Shown one piece after another: positions 36,421 through 49,887 of a DNA stretch of 64,000 nucleotides (the stretch's first letter is position 1; the number at the start of each line of letters is the position of its first letter). The position numbers and the translations under genes were made by a program. The notes below the pieces were generated by a model. It was given only the letters and a program-made list of their open reading frames with translations, did no database searches and was not told the DNA's origin. This DNA comes from Azolla caroliniana (lineage: Eukaryota; Plantae; Polypodiophyta): NCBI GenBank assembly GCA_043228905.1, contig JBHGNT010000004.1:15810001-15874000 (forward strand), read 5' to 3'.

Positions 36421-38936
36421 TGTCGACCGCTGTTTTTGCTGACTGTAATCGATCCTCCATTTCTCTGGATCTATCTTCGGCCTTTTCTAAATGTCAGTTG
36501 ATTCTGATTCCAATTCTGCTTAATGTTAGCAGTCTTTAACCATGGGCGATCTAAAAGCAAGGGATATGCACCAGGAGCTTCCAAATGAAGTATTACTGTC
36601 GATATCAGAAAGCTATGACCACCCAACACCACCTCTAATTGTCGGAGTAAGCCAATTGGTCGTACCGTACTGGTATATGTCATTCTTAACCAAAATGGGC
36701 AAGCTTCCCATTTAGTAATACCCAACCTATCACAGGTGGTTTTATTAATGACATTTACTCATGAGCCACCATCGACAATCGCATTTTCGATTTCCTGACC
36801 ATGAATTATTACTTTAATCGATGGATTTTGCTCATCCATGATTGAAGGGCTGGTGCTCGGCTGACTATAGTGTACCGATACTTGTTCTGACCCTTTTTCG
36901 GTAAATCTAGGAACCAACTTAAGTAATCCGGTCAGTGGTAGTGATACTTGGCAATCTGGTACAGCAATAGCTCCTGGTAATTCGGTAGCTTGGGTAATTT
37001 CATTGTCTTGGAGCATCCAGTTTACATTTTTGGTTTGCTTCCTCTACCCATTCCTTGGCTGCTTTTCGGATTGCTTCCTGAATCTCCCACTCAGATTGTT
37101 GACTTTTGCTTCTAGTGGTTACTTGCTGTATTTCCGGTATAATCATATTAACCGCAGGTCCTTTTCCTTTAGTAGGACACTGATTAACATAATGACCAGT
37201 TTGACAGCAAATATAGCAAGTAGGAACAAACGTTCCACTTCCCTCGCCTTGCATAAACTGACCAGTCCCATCATTTTCCATAAACTGTTGACCATCATTC
37301 CCATTAGAATTCGGCGATTTCTCAAACTGTCGTGAGGCTTTCGGCTTGTAGAATTTTTTATTTTTATACCGGTTCTGCTTAAACCGTCCTTCATTTTGCT
37401 ATTGCTGATTCATATTCTATGTTGCCGAGAATTCTTGATTTTGTTGAAAGTCTTGATTGTGCTGAAAATTATTTTGTTGAAAGGCCTGATTTTGTTGAAA
37501 ATTATTTTGTTGATTTTGTGGAAAACTATTCTGTTGGTACCCATTATTGAACAAATTCTAGTTATTTTGGTACCTGTTTTCCAGAAAAAATTGTCTTACC
37601 GGAGCCGTCGTCTTATTGAGCAAGTTATACTCACATTGCTCGACCGAATGAAGTTTAGAATGACATATTGTGCAGTGTGTTCGTAGACTACATTCGATCG
37701 CCGAATGACCAGTATTTAAACAAGTAGTACACTGAACTGCTTGTCGAAATTTTAACTCCTCCATCGTTGGCAGTGTACGATTTAGTGCTGACATATCCAT
37801 ACTCCGTACATTTATTGGCGGTCGACCCATAGCGATTGCCTTATCAATCACTTGCTAGATATTCTGATTCCGGAAATCGAACACCTTCAGTGTTGTTCGT
37901 AATGGTTCATGAATAGGCCTGGAAATTTGAAGTTGTAAATTCTGAAAATGGATCACGAATTGAGACATCGTTTCATGCTGCTCTTGATACAACGCATAAA
38001 ATTGCACTATCAAATCCTTTTGAGGTATCTGATGATGAAATAACTGTAGAAATTTGTTGGTCAATTGTTCGAATGTTTCGAACCCACGGAGACCATTTTG
38101 CGCAAACCAATTAGCGGAATAACCCTCCAATGACAAAACGAACTCAACAATCTTAGACTTATCTTCGGCTGCCACCGACAGTCTCTGAGCTCCATGGTTA
38201 ATCTCCCATGTTGTCAGGAAATCCCTCACATGTGCTTCTGCATCAGCTCCCTCATGGAACTTAGAATACGGATAAGGCGTATTGTCCTCACTCCAGATAT
38301 CGTAAAATGATACCTCTTCCGGCTGATTTAATTCTGAAGACTGGCTATCAGTTAAATCAGGAAGTACATACCACCTTCTACTTGTTTCCGACTGTAATTC
38401 CTCAGCCAATTCTATCTTTAGCGCCTTCGTAACAAAACGTGTACAGGGACGTTTACAACCAACTGGTGTATCCGGATCAGACGACATCCATTTGTCCTGT
38501 TCTCTACTATGTGCAGATGTAACCGAGCGTGCCAAAATTATATTGTGTTGTTCGGTCGACAATTACTACTTTGCTGACACATTATAAGACGAACATTCGT
38601 ATCGAACGTTCTATCAAGAAGTTGTGGTTAGAGGAATAGATACAAATTAGTTGTAAACTTATCAGTGATAACAGACACCGAGATCGTGACTTATGTAATG
38701 TAGCTTAGATAGAAGGAAATAGATAGCAAGAGCGATTCAGACATAGAGGTTTCCTAACTAAACTTTATATTACTAAATGCAACGATAGATTTTTACAATG
38801 CCTTCGGTTCCTTTTATTGGTAACCCGAAGGTCTTTTCTCATCAAGAAATCCTACTGCCTATAATTATCAAGAATTACAAAACTTCGTAACTAACTATAT
38901 CCTATTCGGCTATCTGCTGAGTCACCGATCCCAACA
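36421..38936 (-). mobile_element. Related Arg-primed gypsy fragment (LTR 38546-38936, PBS 38522-38534, gag, Zn knuckles, protease)
   Basis: ACCGAGCGTGCCA PBS. CTTCLNTGHSAIEC, CTICHSKLHSVEQC, CYICCQTGHYVNQC, AIVDGGS. Joined by a deletion to the RT at 36420. Confidence 0.75.
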
Positions 38937-40179
38937 GTCGATCTGACTCCGAACTTCCTTCCGACTTCGACGCATTCATACTTGTCTGGGTAACATTACT
39001 AGAGGGTCTAGGACCGCGATTATTATAGGGAGGCCGTCGGTTGTGCCGTGGATACCTCAGTTCGTAGTAGTCCTCTCGATTGTAATTATAGTGGTAATAG
39101 TAGTCGTCTGGACGATAGCGGTCGTCGTGATACCAGTAGCGATCGTCCTCGGGTCGCGGTCGATTATCTAGGCGATAATGCGGCTCCTCAGGTCGGTATT
39201 GGTTATCTCTACGATAAAGATCCTGATCTGGTCGGTACCCGTCATCTTGGGAATGCTGATTGTCGTACCAAGGCCGTTTGACATCCCTATTTCGTGGTGG
39301 AGAACGATCATCTTGCTGAGGGCGATCGGGGCATGGCTCAATTCGTCGTACAGGAGCTGAGGCAGTACGATTGAGAATGTTGTACTCGCATTGCTCAACC
39401 GTATGTACTCGAGAATGGCTGATAGGGCAATGAGGCCGAAGAGGGCAATCCATGGCCAAGTGGCCGGAATTGGAACAAGTTGTGCATTGCAGTGCCTACC
39501 GAAACTGGGTTTCTTCGTGTGTTGGTGGTCTATTGTGAAAAATCCATTCTGGTTTGTGTCTTTCAAATGATTTGACGATACGTCTTGTGTGAGTTGTCGA
39601 TAGAGGTCCTGAAATCGAAGTGTTAAATGGGAAACCGTTTCATTTGGTTCCTAGGCAATAGTGTAGAACTGGCGGAGCAATTCGCGTTTTCGGATCTCCC
39701 AGTGGAATAGTTCAAGGATGCGGGTACGGACATCCTGAAATGTTGTAAACTCCCCAGGGTCGTGGTGGGAGTACCACCGTGCGGCAGGTCCGTTGAGAGA
39801 CAAGGTGAACTTGGCGATTTTGGAGGCGTCAACCTCCGTGGCGGTGAGACGTTGCGTTGAATGGTTGGCTTTCCAAGTGGATAGAAAAGAGCGGAGGTGA
39901 GGTTCCGCATCGGGGCCATTTGTATATTAGGGATATGGGTTAAACATGGTGTCGAAGTCTGGATCTTTTGCTAATGCCGAAAAGGGGTTGAACTCGGCCT
40001 AGGTAACTTCGGTAGGACTCGGAGATGCGGTGGGGTCAGAGCCTATGTGTGCATGTGTGTCTAGGGCTGCTACTGGCGAGTGGTGCGACTTCGTGGGTTT
40101 CAGCAATGATTGTTGTGTGAGCGCGGAGTCGGCAATTTCCTTAGTTGGCTCAACGCAGCGAAAGGGTAGCTGAAAACGT
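38937..40179 (-). pseudogene. Decayed gag of the 30021-49887 element
   Basis: Double knuckle region paralogous to 37558-37851, followed by an R/D/Y/P-rich tract. Continues at 49321-49395. Confidence 0.7.
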
Positions 40180-40442
40180 TGTCGTAGTGTAATTCGCACA
40201 CTACGTGAAAATGTCCCTCCGGATGGGACAAGGAGGAACCGGTGAGAACCGGCAAGGAGGAACCGGTAAGGAGAACCTGTGAGAACCGGATGAAGGAGGG
40301 AACGACAAGGAGGACCCGGTAAGGAGACCCGATAAGAACCGGATCAAGCAGAACCGGCAAGAGCCGGATAAAGAAGGCCGGTGAGAGTCTCTCACCGGGT
40401 GAAGAGGCAAATTTGTAAATAAAAGGAAAAATTGTTACTTGC

Positions 40443-40512
40443 ATAGGGCAAGATTCGAACCCTGTACCTCCACGTAGACAAACCCCAACCTTACCATTGT
40501 ACTAACTTATCC
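40443..40512 (-). promoter_or_regulatory. tRNA-like Pol III module in 5' LTR (copy in 3' LTR at about 48693-48762)
   Basis: Reverse strand reads TAGTACAATGG...GGTTCGAATC with tRNA-like spacing. Confidence 0.7.
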
Positions 40513-42925
40513 TAAGTGTTTTAAATAGAATATAGATTTAATACGTATATGACCTTTATTTACGCCTACCTTTATTGAAAGGTAAGTCATGCATTTTTAG
40601 AATGCGTGAATACTTTATTTATAAGAAAAATGTATACCAATAAAAAATTACTCGTGCACATCTAGCGAGCATGAGCACTATATTTAGGAAATAAAAGCAT
40701 AGTGTTAAAAGCAACTCATGCACATTTAGTGTGCATGAACACTTTAGAAAAAGCATGAAGCCATGCTTAGCTTCTTCCATCCTTATATAAGGAGGAGAGG
40801 AAGATGTATGGTGGGGGTTGATTATTTTTACAAGAATTGATCAATCTAATATATTCGTGAGATTCACGGGTTTATCATCAACATCCTCTTTCTTACAATC
40901 TAAATATTGATTAAATACACTAAACATGTGGGATTCACAAGTTTTATTTCTTACTTCTCTTTCTACCTATTCATAACTAGCCTTATATTGTATTCTTTTT
41001 TCTCCTAGTCCAAAACCTCAGTGGTTCCCACCCGACTCACGCAATGATCTAGAGCCGAAAGGAATGACACAAGTTGGTAAACCCGACGTGAAAGCGGGTG
41101 GCAAGGAGATGGAAAATCAACTGGGGGCGAACAACATGATGGCGATGTTTGAGTGGATGCTACAAGAACAACACGCGATGTCGGAGATTGCGACGGAAGT
41201 AGAGCGACTCGTGCAACGGAAAAAGACGTGTCACGATATTTGCGAGATTACAAGGCGGAAATGCTAGGGTGCGGGATTTCGGAAGGACTACAAGTGACAT
41301 CCTTCAACCGGGTGGCGACCGACGGGCTTCAATGGAGTATCCATGGGATACGGCAGCAAAATCCGATGTGAGAGGCATTTGAAGAGGCGCTAAAGGCCAC
41401 GTTCGCCATCGAGGACTCCTCCAAGGCAACGAGGAGGGGATTCGAAGATTGGGTGGAAACACTGGATAAGGGGATGAAGGTCCTCGATGTGTTTTCGTCA
41501 TTCGAAAGTCGGTTCGGGAGGTTGTCTGTGAGAGATCAAGCTATCCTGGCACCGGAAAAAGTGATCATGTTCCTACGAGCCGTGGACATCTGGGACCGGA
41601 AAGATCTTGGAGTGCTTTTGGAGGATATGACCACTGAGAGTGGCCTCACCGAAACATGGGAAAACATGCGGGATATCGTCGCGCGATACACGAAGAGGGG
41701 GCAATGGCCTGCTAGCGAAGAAAAGAGGTTTTTAGAACCGATTCCAAAACCGAGATCCGGATTGGAAGACCATCAACCAAGGGCTTGGGAGACTACGACC
41801 GAGAAGGGAATCGACGCAACCACGATGGAGCAGTTGCTGAAGGAGATGGAGAATCTAAAAATCGCGATGGTGAAGAAGTCGGATGACCTTCCCACAAGTT
41901 CCAAGTATATGGACCGTCGATGCATATGGTGCGATAGCACCGAACATGATTGGAGGGATTGTGACGAGCACAAGGAGGCGTTACGACGAGATCTTATCTA
42001 CTATGAGAGAAATCAGATTCATTCGATGGACTCTCGGAGGCCACTCCGACCGAACTTCTGGAAAGGCGGCATGAAGAAGGTCCTAAAGGAGGAAATAGCG
42101 ACGAAAGGTAATTATGCGACAACCGCGGGAATAAGTGTGGGTGAGTCATCGGGAACAAAGGCGTCTTTTTGGCCGGATGTGCTAGAAAACTCTGAGAAAA
42201 CCAACTCCAACAAAATCCGAAGCACCGCGGAAGGCATCTGTGAAGCTACGGGATGGGACTGCCCCGTTGATAAGAATAGCGTGTATGCCTTTGTCAATTG
42301 CATGAAGTGTATATAGACGAGAAATGACGACGCACGGATGATGCGGCCGGACCATCGAAGACACCGGAAAGTTGGAACTCCGGCGGGAAGGGAAAAGAAA
42401 AGACGATTCCGGCGTTCATGCTTGCCTCAGACATCGAACAACAAACAAACTTGAAAAAGGTATTCGAGGAGAGAATCCTCGATAGCCGGGTAGAATTTTC
42501 GCTTCGGGAATTACTCGGAATAGCGAAGAAGGAGTTCCACGATCTTCTTGTGGATCTCGTGAAGAGAAAAATACAAAGTACAGAGGAAAATGCTCCAAGG
42601 GTGAATGCTCCAAGGGTGAATGCAAATACCGTTTTAATGAATGACACTGAATTGGAGGACGAAATTCCGAACTCCCACTACACAAGGCCACATTGGGCAC
42701 GTGCAACTACGGAGACTCCGGTCCGAATCGGCAACATCAAAGAGCCCGTGCTAGTATTGATTGATCACGAATCGGAGATCAACTTGATGTCCAGGGAGTT
42801 CTACCGGAAGGGGAAGTGGCCTATTAATACTAATCATGGATGGAAGATCCGGGCAGCCACTAAAGCAATAGAAGACCTTTTTGCGGCTTTTTCGGATGTG
42901 ACGGTGAAGATCGGAGATGTGGAGA

Positions 42926-44654
42926 CAGGGCCTGAATTTGACGGGTTAGTCTTAAAGTTTTTTGACGGGCATTTTTTAAAGATGTATGTCATATGACGTA
43001 AGAGTGCAAAAATTAACATGTCATTTGACATACAAATTTCTTATAATGAAAAGCTCTATATGATGCTTCATTATTATACATTTTATTACTATAGAAGGTA
43101 CACAAATAGACACAACTACCTCGCAAAGATAATGAAATACAGAAAATAAATATCGTGTTAATGTTTTTTTTTTACCAAAAAAGTGTTAATGTTTTTTAAG
43201 CCAAAGTACAAACTATATATGTATCCATAATCATAATTCATTCTTGCAAAGTGGATACAATAAGCTTCAAACAAATAATCATACAAATCGAATACTGATA
43301 ATCATACAAATCTTAATAGAATGTTGTTGTGCTTGGTTCTTTGTTTTCCCCCTGAAATTATTTAAATAATAGACATCTAAAAATGTACTAAAAGTATTTC
43401 ATTTCACTATAATAGAGACATTGAAGTTATTGTTTAGGTATTAAGGTAATACAAAAACAATATTGTATAATAACTTGTTAAATGAACATAATATGATAGA
43501 TATTCATGGTAACTTACATTTTTAAAATGTAGTTAAAAAATGTTGAAGGTTGAAGGCTGTTTTTGTTCTATTCCCACTGCACAAAAAGGCTACATAGAAT
43601 CAATAATTTTTAATTGGAACAATAGCTTGCTACCTAATAGTAAGTACTCACCTTTTCCTATACTAATAAGTTATTATTAACCCTAATTTTTTAATAAAGC
43701 ATAGTAAAACGTAATAAGTATGTATAAAACAATAGGTTAGTAAAACATTTAGTTTAAAAAAACTTAAAATCAAACCTTATTGAAATGAAATACTTTTAGT
43801 TTATTTTTAGAGGTATTAAGGTAATACAAAAACAATATAATAACTTGCTAAATGAACATAATATGATAGATGATCATGGTAACTTACATTTTTAAACTGT
43901 AGTTAAAAAATGTTGAAGGTTGAAGGATGTCTTTCTTTGTTCTATTCCTGCTGCACAAAAGGCTACATAAAATCAATCATTTTTAAGTTGAAAAATAACT
44001 TGTTACCTAACAGTAAGTAGTAAGTAGTAAGTACTCACCTTTTTCCTATACTAAAAAGTTATTACTAACCCTAATTTTTTAATAAAGCACAGTAATAAGT
44101 ATTAAGTATTAAGTAATAAGTAATAAGTATGTATAAAAAAGTAGGTTAGTAAAACATTTACTTTAAGAAAACTTAAAATCAAACCTAGAGTGACTAGTCT
44201 ACACTCTAGTATTTTTTAGAGTATTTAATAAAGCACCAAGGTTATTGTTTAAAATTTAAATTGATTTGAGGATTCATCATTACAATTTATATGATATTAT
44301 TTTAAGCGTGTTATAAATATATATATATATATATATATTAGAATTTAGTATATTACACACTTCATACTATATAGTCAAATTGAATCTTGATACTACATAG
44401 ATGATAGTATGATAGTACATATATTTAAATTTTATATGACAATATGTGGTATATATATATAATATATATGAATAATGACATAGAAAATAAAATTTTAGCA
44501 TGTCATTTGACATGTATAATTTTAAGGGGCCTTTCACATGAAAAGGAAAATTTTATACTTTATATGTCACTTGACGGACATTTTTAGTAGGTGTATGTTT
44601 TTGACGGGCAAAATGGCCTTTGACGGGCATGACACCCGTCAAATTCCTGCCCTG
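42926..44654. mobile_element. Non-autonomous TIR DNA transposon inserted in the gypsy protease
   Basis: 20-bp TIRs CAGGGCCTGAATTTGACGGG / CAGGGCAGGAATTTGACGGG. Duplication ATGTGGAGA on both sides. AT-rich non-coding interior with an approximately 375-bp tandem duplication (43436 / 43811). Host reads KIGDVE|IDQNFFV. Confidence 0.92.
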
Positions 44655-47600
44655 ATGTGGAGATAGACCAAAATTTCTTTGTGCAAGATGAGGTCTCACA
44701 CTCCGTGGTCCTCGGGCAACCCTTTATCACGGCATCACGGATGAAGACGAAGGTGCTCGATAGCGGTGTGGCTTTCGCACGAATTCGGAGCCAAAGCGGA
44801 TGGAAATCCATCCAATTCCTAACCGTGCTGTCAAATCATGAAAGGAACAAGAGAGAGCTCTTGTCCCAAACAAGGATGGATTTTTAGATCGGACTGTTGT
44901 GAAGTGGGGAAGGGATAGTCCAAGAAGCCTTGATACCCCACACAGGAAGAAAACTCTCGGAGCAAAACAAGTACGAATCGGTCTGGATGGGGCATCTACG
45001 TACACGGCTGTAACCGGAGGAAAGAAAAAAGAATACCGAAAAGTAGAGGATAAGTTGCGGTCGGCATCAATAATAAAAGAAGACGAAGAAATCATGGGGT
45101 TAGTCGAAGAAGTGTTCTATGGGAGCACGCTACAACGGCTTGAAGAGCTTGTGGAGGATAAAAGCCAAGGAGACCGGGTAGTCTCAATGGAATAGGTCGA
45201 GATGTACAAGATCATTGCGAAAATGGAGCCGGATGCGCTCCGCAAAGAAGAAGCAATGGTAAGTACGAAATACAAGACCGTCGAGAAGAAAGTGGACCGG
45301 CTGCGGGACCGTTACCCGCTGATAGCAAGCAAAAGAGGAAAGAAGTCTCGGGAGATCTGACACTTTGGAAGTTCGTGGATATCGGACATGCCTTCACAGA
45401 TGAGACCCGGAAGAAACTTCGGATCGGTGGAGGTGGTTTCCTTTGACAAAATGAAGAAGAATGATTCCGTGGGATGTTGGAACAACATGGGAAAGCATTT
45501 GCATTCACATCGAAGGAGATAGGGTGCGTTGATCTGAAGATAGTGGAGCCGATGGTGATCTTCACGATTGACCATGTGTCGTGGAACCTGAAGCCGATTT
45601 CGGTGCCGCGGGCACATTTTCCCAAAATCATCGACTTGCTCAAGGAGAAGGTGGCGATGGGGATTCTAGAGCCATCAAATGCTCCGTACTCAAATCGATG
45701 GTTTATGGTTCCGAAGAAGAATGGGTCACTCCGTTTTATCCAAGACTTGCAACCGGTGAACAAGGTCACGATCCGGAACTCTAGAGTCGGTCCGATAGTG
45801 GATGAATTTGCGGAAGCATTTGCCGGTCGTGTGATATACTCCATCGGAGACCTATACTCGGGTCGAAGTATGACCAATTCCAACTAGCCGTGGAGAGCCG
45901 AGACATCACTACCATGCGGACACCGATAGGATTAGTCCGAATGTGCACACTACCACAAGGAGCGACAAACTTGGTTGCATATATGATGAACGTGATGAAC
46001 AAGGTGCTTCAAGATTGCATTCTGGAGATAACGATGTCGTTCCTAGATGACATTCCAATGAAAGGATGCGCGGTACAAGAAAAAGATGAAACTATAGATG
46101 ATCGAGGATGCCGAAAGTTCATAGTTGACCATATTCGTGATTGCGAGAAAGTTCTTCGAAACTTAGAAGATGTGCACCTAACACTTTCTGGGGAGAAATT
46201 GGCATTCGGGCAAGAAGAGATATTGGTAGTTGGACATCTATGTGGGCCCTACGGCCGAAGACCGTTACCAACCAAGATCGATGTGATTCAACCTATGAAA
46301 GAAGTATGTGATTCACAATCTGAAGTCCGAAGGTTTCTTGGAGCTTGTGCATTTTATCACATATGGATTCCGCACTATGCACATATTGCGGACCCACTCT
46401 ATCACTTATTGCGGAAGGGGAAGAAGTTTGAATGGAAACCGGAACAAACCAAAGCCATGAAGAAGCTTAAGAAAACACTAGGGTTGGTGGAATCACTTAA
46501 GCAGCCGAGCTATGACTAACCGATCATAGTAACGGTTGACACAAGTCCAACCGGAATCGGATGGGTCATCAATCAAGCCGACTCGGATGGTTCGCGATAT
46601 CCGATCCGATTTGGAGCAAAGGTTCTCAACGAAAGGCAATGCGGGTATGCACAAGTCAAAAGAGAATTATGGGGAGTCGTGTAGGAAATCAAATTGGATC
46701 GAGATTATTTGATCGAAGCTGAAGTAGTGATTGAAACAGATTGTCTTCCGATACTCGGGATGATGCGGTGTTGCACGATACCGGATGTGGCTATGCTAAG
46801 ATGGATTGCATATGTTAAGTGCCTTAACCCGGATGTACAACACATCTCCGGAAAAGACAACGCGGTAGCGGATATGCTATCAAGGGCTTGGTTCGGAGAC
46901 GACATAGCTGAATCCGATAATGAAGAAGTTTCTTCAGACTACTTTGCTTCAGAGCACATATGTCGAGTAAACGTAATCCGAGAATTCCGAGAAGAAGAAT
47001 ACGAGAGAGAAAGCTTGATGATTGGGAAGGTGCTACAAGAGATTGAGGAATCATCGGACGATAAAGAGAAGAGAGCCGAGATCCGAAGGAAGAAGAGGCA
47101 AGTCCAAAACTTCTTCTTGAAAAATGGATTAATATGGAGGGAGCCGAAAAGACCAGATGGCATACCACTTCGGGTAGTTGGGACGAAAGAGCAACGAAAC
47201 CGGATAATGTCCAAGTATCACGAATCCGATTGGGCTGGACATCGAGGAACATGGGCAACTTTTGTGAGAATCAAACAAAAATATTGGCGGAAGAATATGT
47301 ACAAAGATATAGCGGAGTTCACGGAAAGCTGCGAGAAGTGTCAAATCTACTCCGGAGTTCGACACCGAGATGAGTTACATCCAACATTCTCACCGACAAT
47401 CAACTTCAAATGGATGGTCGACATTGTAGCCATGCCAACCGGGATTGGACAAAAGAAGTACTTGGTGTTAGCTCGGGAAGATCTCACAAACCAAGTAGAA
47501 GGTTGTGGGCTACGAAGGAAAATGTGTTCTGCGGTATGCCAATTTCTTTTGGAGTAGGTGTTTTGCAGGTACAGATGCGTAGGACAAGTAATTGTGGATC

Positions 47601-49887
47601 GGGGAGAGCTCGACTCTGATAAAGCTAGGGAATTCTTCACCAAACATGGAGTTCGGTTAACACTAACAACGACATACAATCTGGAGGCCAACGGGAAAAT
47701 CGAACGAGGACATAGTCCGATCGTCAAAGCACTTGCCAAAGCATGTGAAGGAAGGGTGAAGGATTGGCTGCAGATGCTCCCATATGCACTATGGGCGGAT
47801 TGGACGACGCATAGCTTCGTGACCGATTTTATGCCGGCCGAACTCATGACCGGACAAGCACCGGTAATGCCGACGGAAACCGCAATTTCGACATGGACAA
47901 TGCTGCCGTGGAAGGAAAAGATGAGCCGGGAAGAACTACTAGCGGTCCGGATACAACAACTGTAGGGAAGACCGGAAGACATAGCGGAAGCAACACACCG
48001 ACAACAGGAAGCGCGATTCCGGAACAAAAGCCGATTGGACACAAAGCATCGACTATGACCACAGTAGATTGAAGAAGGAGATTGGGTGATTGTCTATGAC
48101 AGTAGTCTAGATCATCAACATACAACGATACGGAAGTTCACGAAAAGGTGGTTCGGGCCATATGAGGCTCGGAAAGTTTTCGACAACGGGACTTACCGAC
48201 TATGCGAGTTGGATGGAACAGTACTACCGCTGCGTATAGCAGGGAAATGGGTGAAGATTTTCAAGAACCCTAAACAAGACCGACATAGAGGAGCAGTCAA
48301 ACAAAGCTCGTGGTGATGCAAAAAGCAAAGAAAGTAGTCTACAATTGATAGTTGATATAAGGGAGGAATTGGGTAGTGCAATGGATGAAGACGAACAACA
48401 GGCATCGGGAACTTCGGCACATACCGGAGGACGTGCGGGTTTGGAGGGGGCGAGTGTCGTAGTGTAATTCGCACACTACGTGAAAATTGCATTTTTTGTC
48501 CCTTCGGATGGGACAAGGAGGAAGTGGTAAGGAGAACCGGATGAAGGAGGGAACGACAAGGAGGACCCGGTAAGGAGACTCGGTAAGAACCGGATCAAGC
48601 AAAACCGGCAAGAGCTGGATAAAGAAGGCCGATGAGAGTCTCTCACCGGGTGAAGAGGCAAATTTGTAAATAAAAGGAAAGATTGTTACTTTCATAAGGA
48701 AGGATTAGAACCCTGTACCCCCACGTAGACAAACCCCAACCTTATCATTGTACTAACTTATCCTAAGTGTTCTAAATAGAATATAGATTTAATACGTATA
48801 AGACCTTTATTTACACCTACCTTTATTAAAAGGTAAGTCATGCATTTTTAGAATGCGTGAATACTTTATTTATAAGAGAAATGTATACCAATAAAAAATT
48901 ACTCGTGCACATCTAGCGAGCATGAGCACTATATTTAGGAAATAAAAGCATAGTGTTAAAAGCAACTCATGCACATTTAGTGTGCATGAACACTTTAGAA
49001 AAAACATGAAGCTATGCTTAGCCTCTTCCATCCTTATATAAGGAGGAGAGAAAGATGTATGGTGGGGGTTGATTATTTTTACAAGAATTGATCAATCTAA
49101 TATATTCATGGGATTCACGAGTTTATCATCAAAATTCTCTTTCTTACAATCTAAATATTGATTAAATACACTAAACACGTGGGATTCACAAGTTTTATTT
49201 CTTACTTCCCTTTCTACCTATTCATAACTAGCCGTATATTGTATTCTTCTTTCTCCTAGTCCAAAACCTCAGTGGTTCCCACCCGACTCATGCAATGATC
49301 CGGAGCCGAAAGGCACGACAACACGTGGTGCGATTGGGCGCCGTAATGGCGGCTGGGGTTTCCACCTACGTTGTTCGTTGTATTGTACTGCGTGAACCGG
49401 GCGTGCCAAATTGTGTTGTCTTTGCTCGGGTCAAGGGGTCGTGGTATGAGGTGGTGGACAAGGAACCCGAGGGTAATTGATTACTGAAAAAATAGTCGGC
49501 CACAACCGGCCTGGTAAATTGTACTTGGAATTAAGATAGCAAAATCCAAATAACACAGATAGATGCTTGAACATATTGGACCCATATAGATATATTCATA
49601 GATTTAGAAGCAAAGGTTACATGGCTCACGACTGGAATTCTATTTTCATACAGTCAGACAAATAACAGTAATCCTCTCTGGACTAGGGTATCACTCTCCC
49701 TCATTCTGCCCCCATTCTCTCTCTTCTCCCTCCCTTCTTGTTGATTCCGCTCCTCGTTTTATAGCTTCCCTTTCTGCTTGGTGCGGTTCAATCAATCCTT
49801 TCTTCTCGGTGTTGTTTTTCACCTACTTTACCTACTCGTATCCTTAGATTCGTTTCACATTGTATCCCTTTTGTCCCACAGATAACA

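Larger units (their letters stand above)
40180..49320 (+). mobile_element. Full-length decayed tRNA-Trp-primed Ty3/gypsy element
   Basis: LTRs 40180-41069 and 48455-49320. PBS TGGTAAACCCGACGTGAA at 41075-41092, PPT GGAGGGGGCGAG at 48443-48454. Gag-PR (41100-44887) and RT-RH-IN (44880-48300) are paralogous to the 9383 element. Flanks ACGT and ACACGT. Confidence 0.94.
30021..49887 (-). mobile_element. Athila/Tat-like Ty3/gypsy element with nested insertions
   Basis: Diverged direct LTRs 30021-30526 and 49414-49887. TSD CTCCT (30016-30020 / 49888-49892). The host reading frame rejoins across the insertion. Arg PBS at 49396-49408. Confidence 0.9.

Noticed and set aside
36422-38941. GTCGA at 36422 and 38937 as a TSD
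   Set aside because: There is no LTR at the left site. The junction is a protease-to-RT deletion, so the match is likely coincidental.
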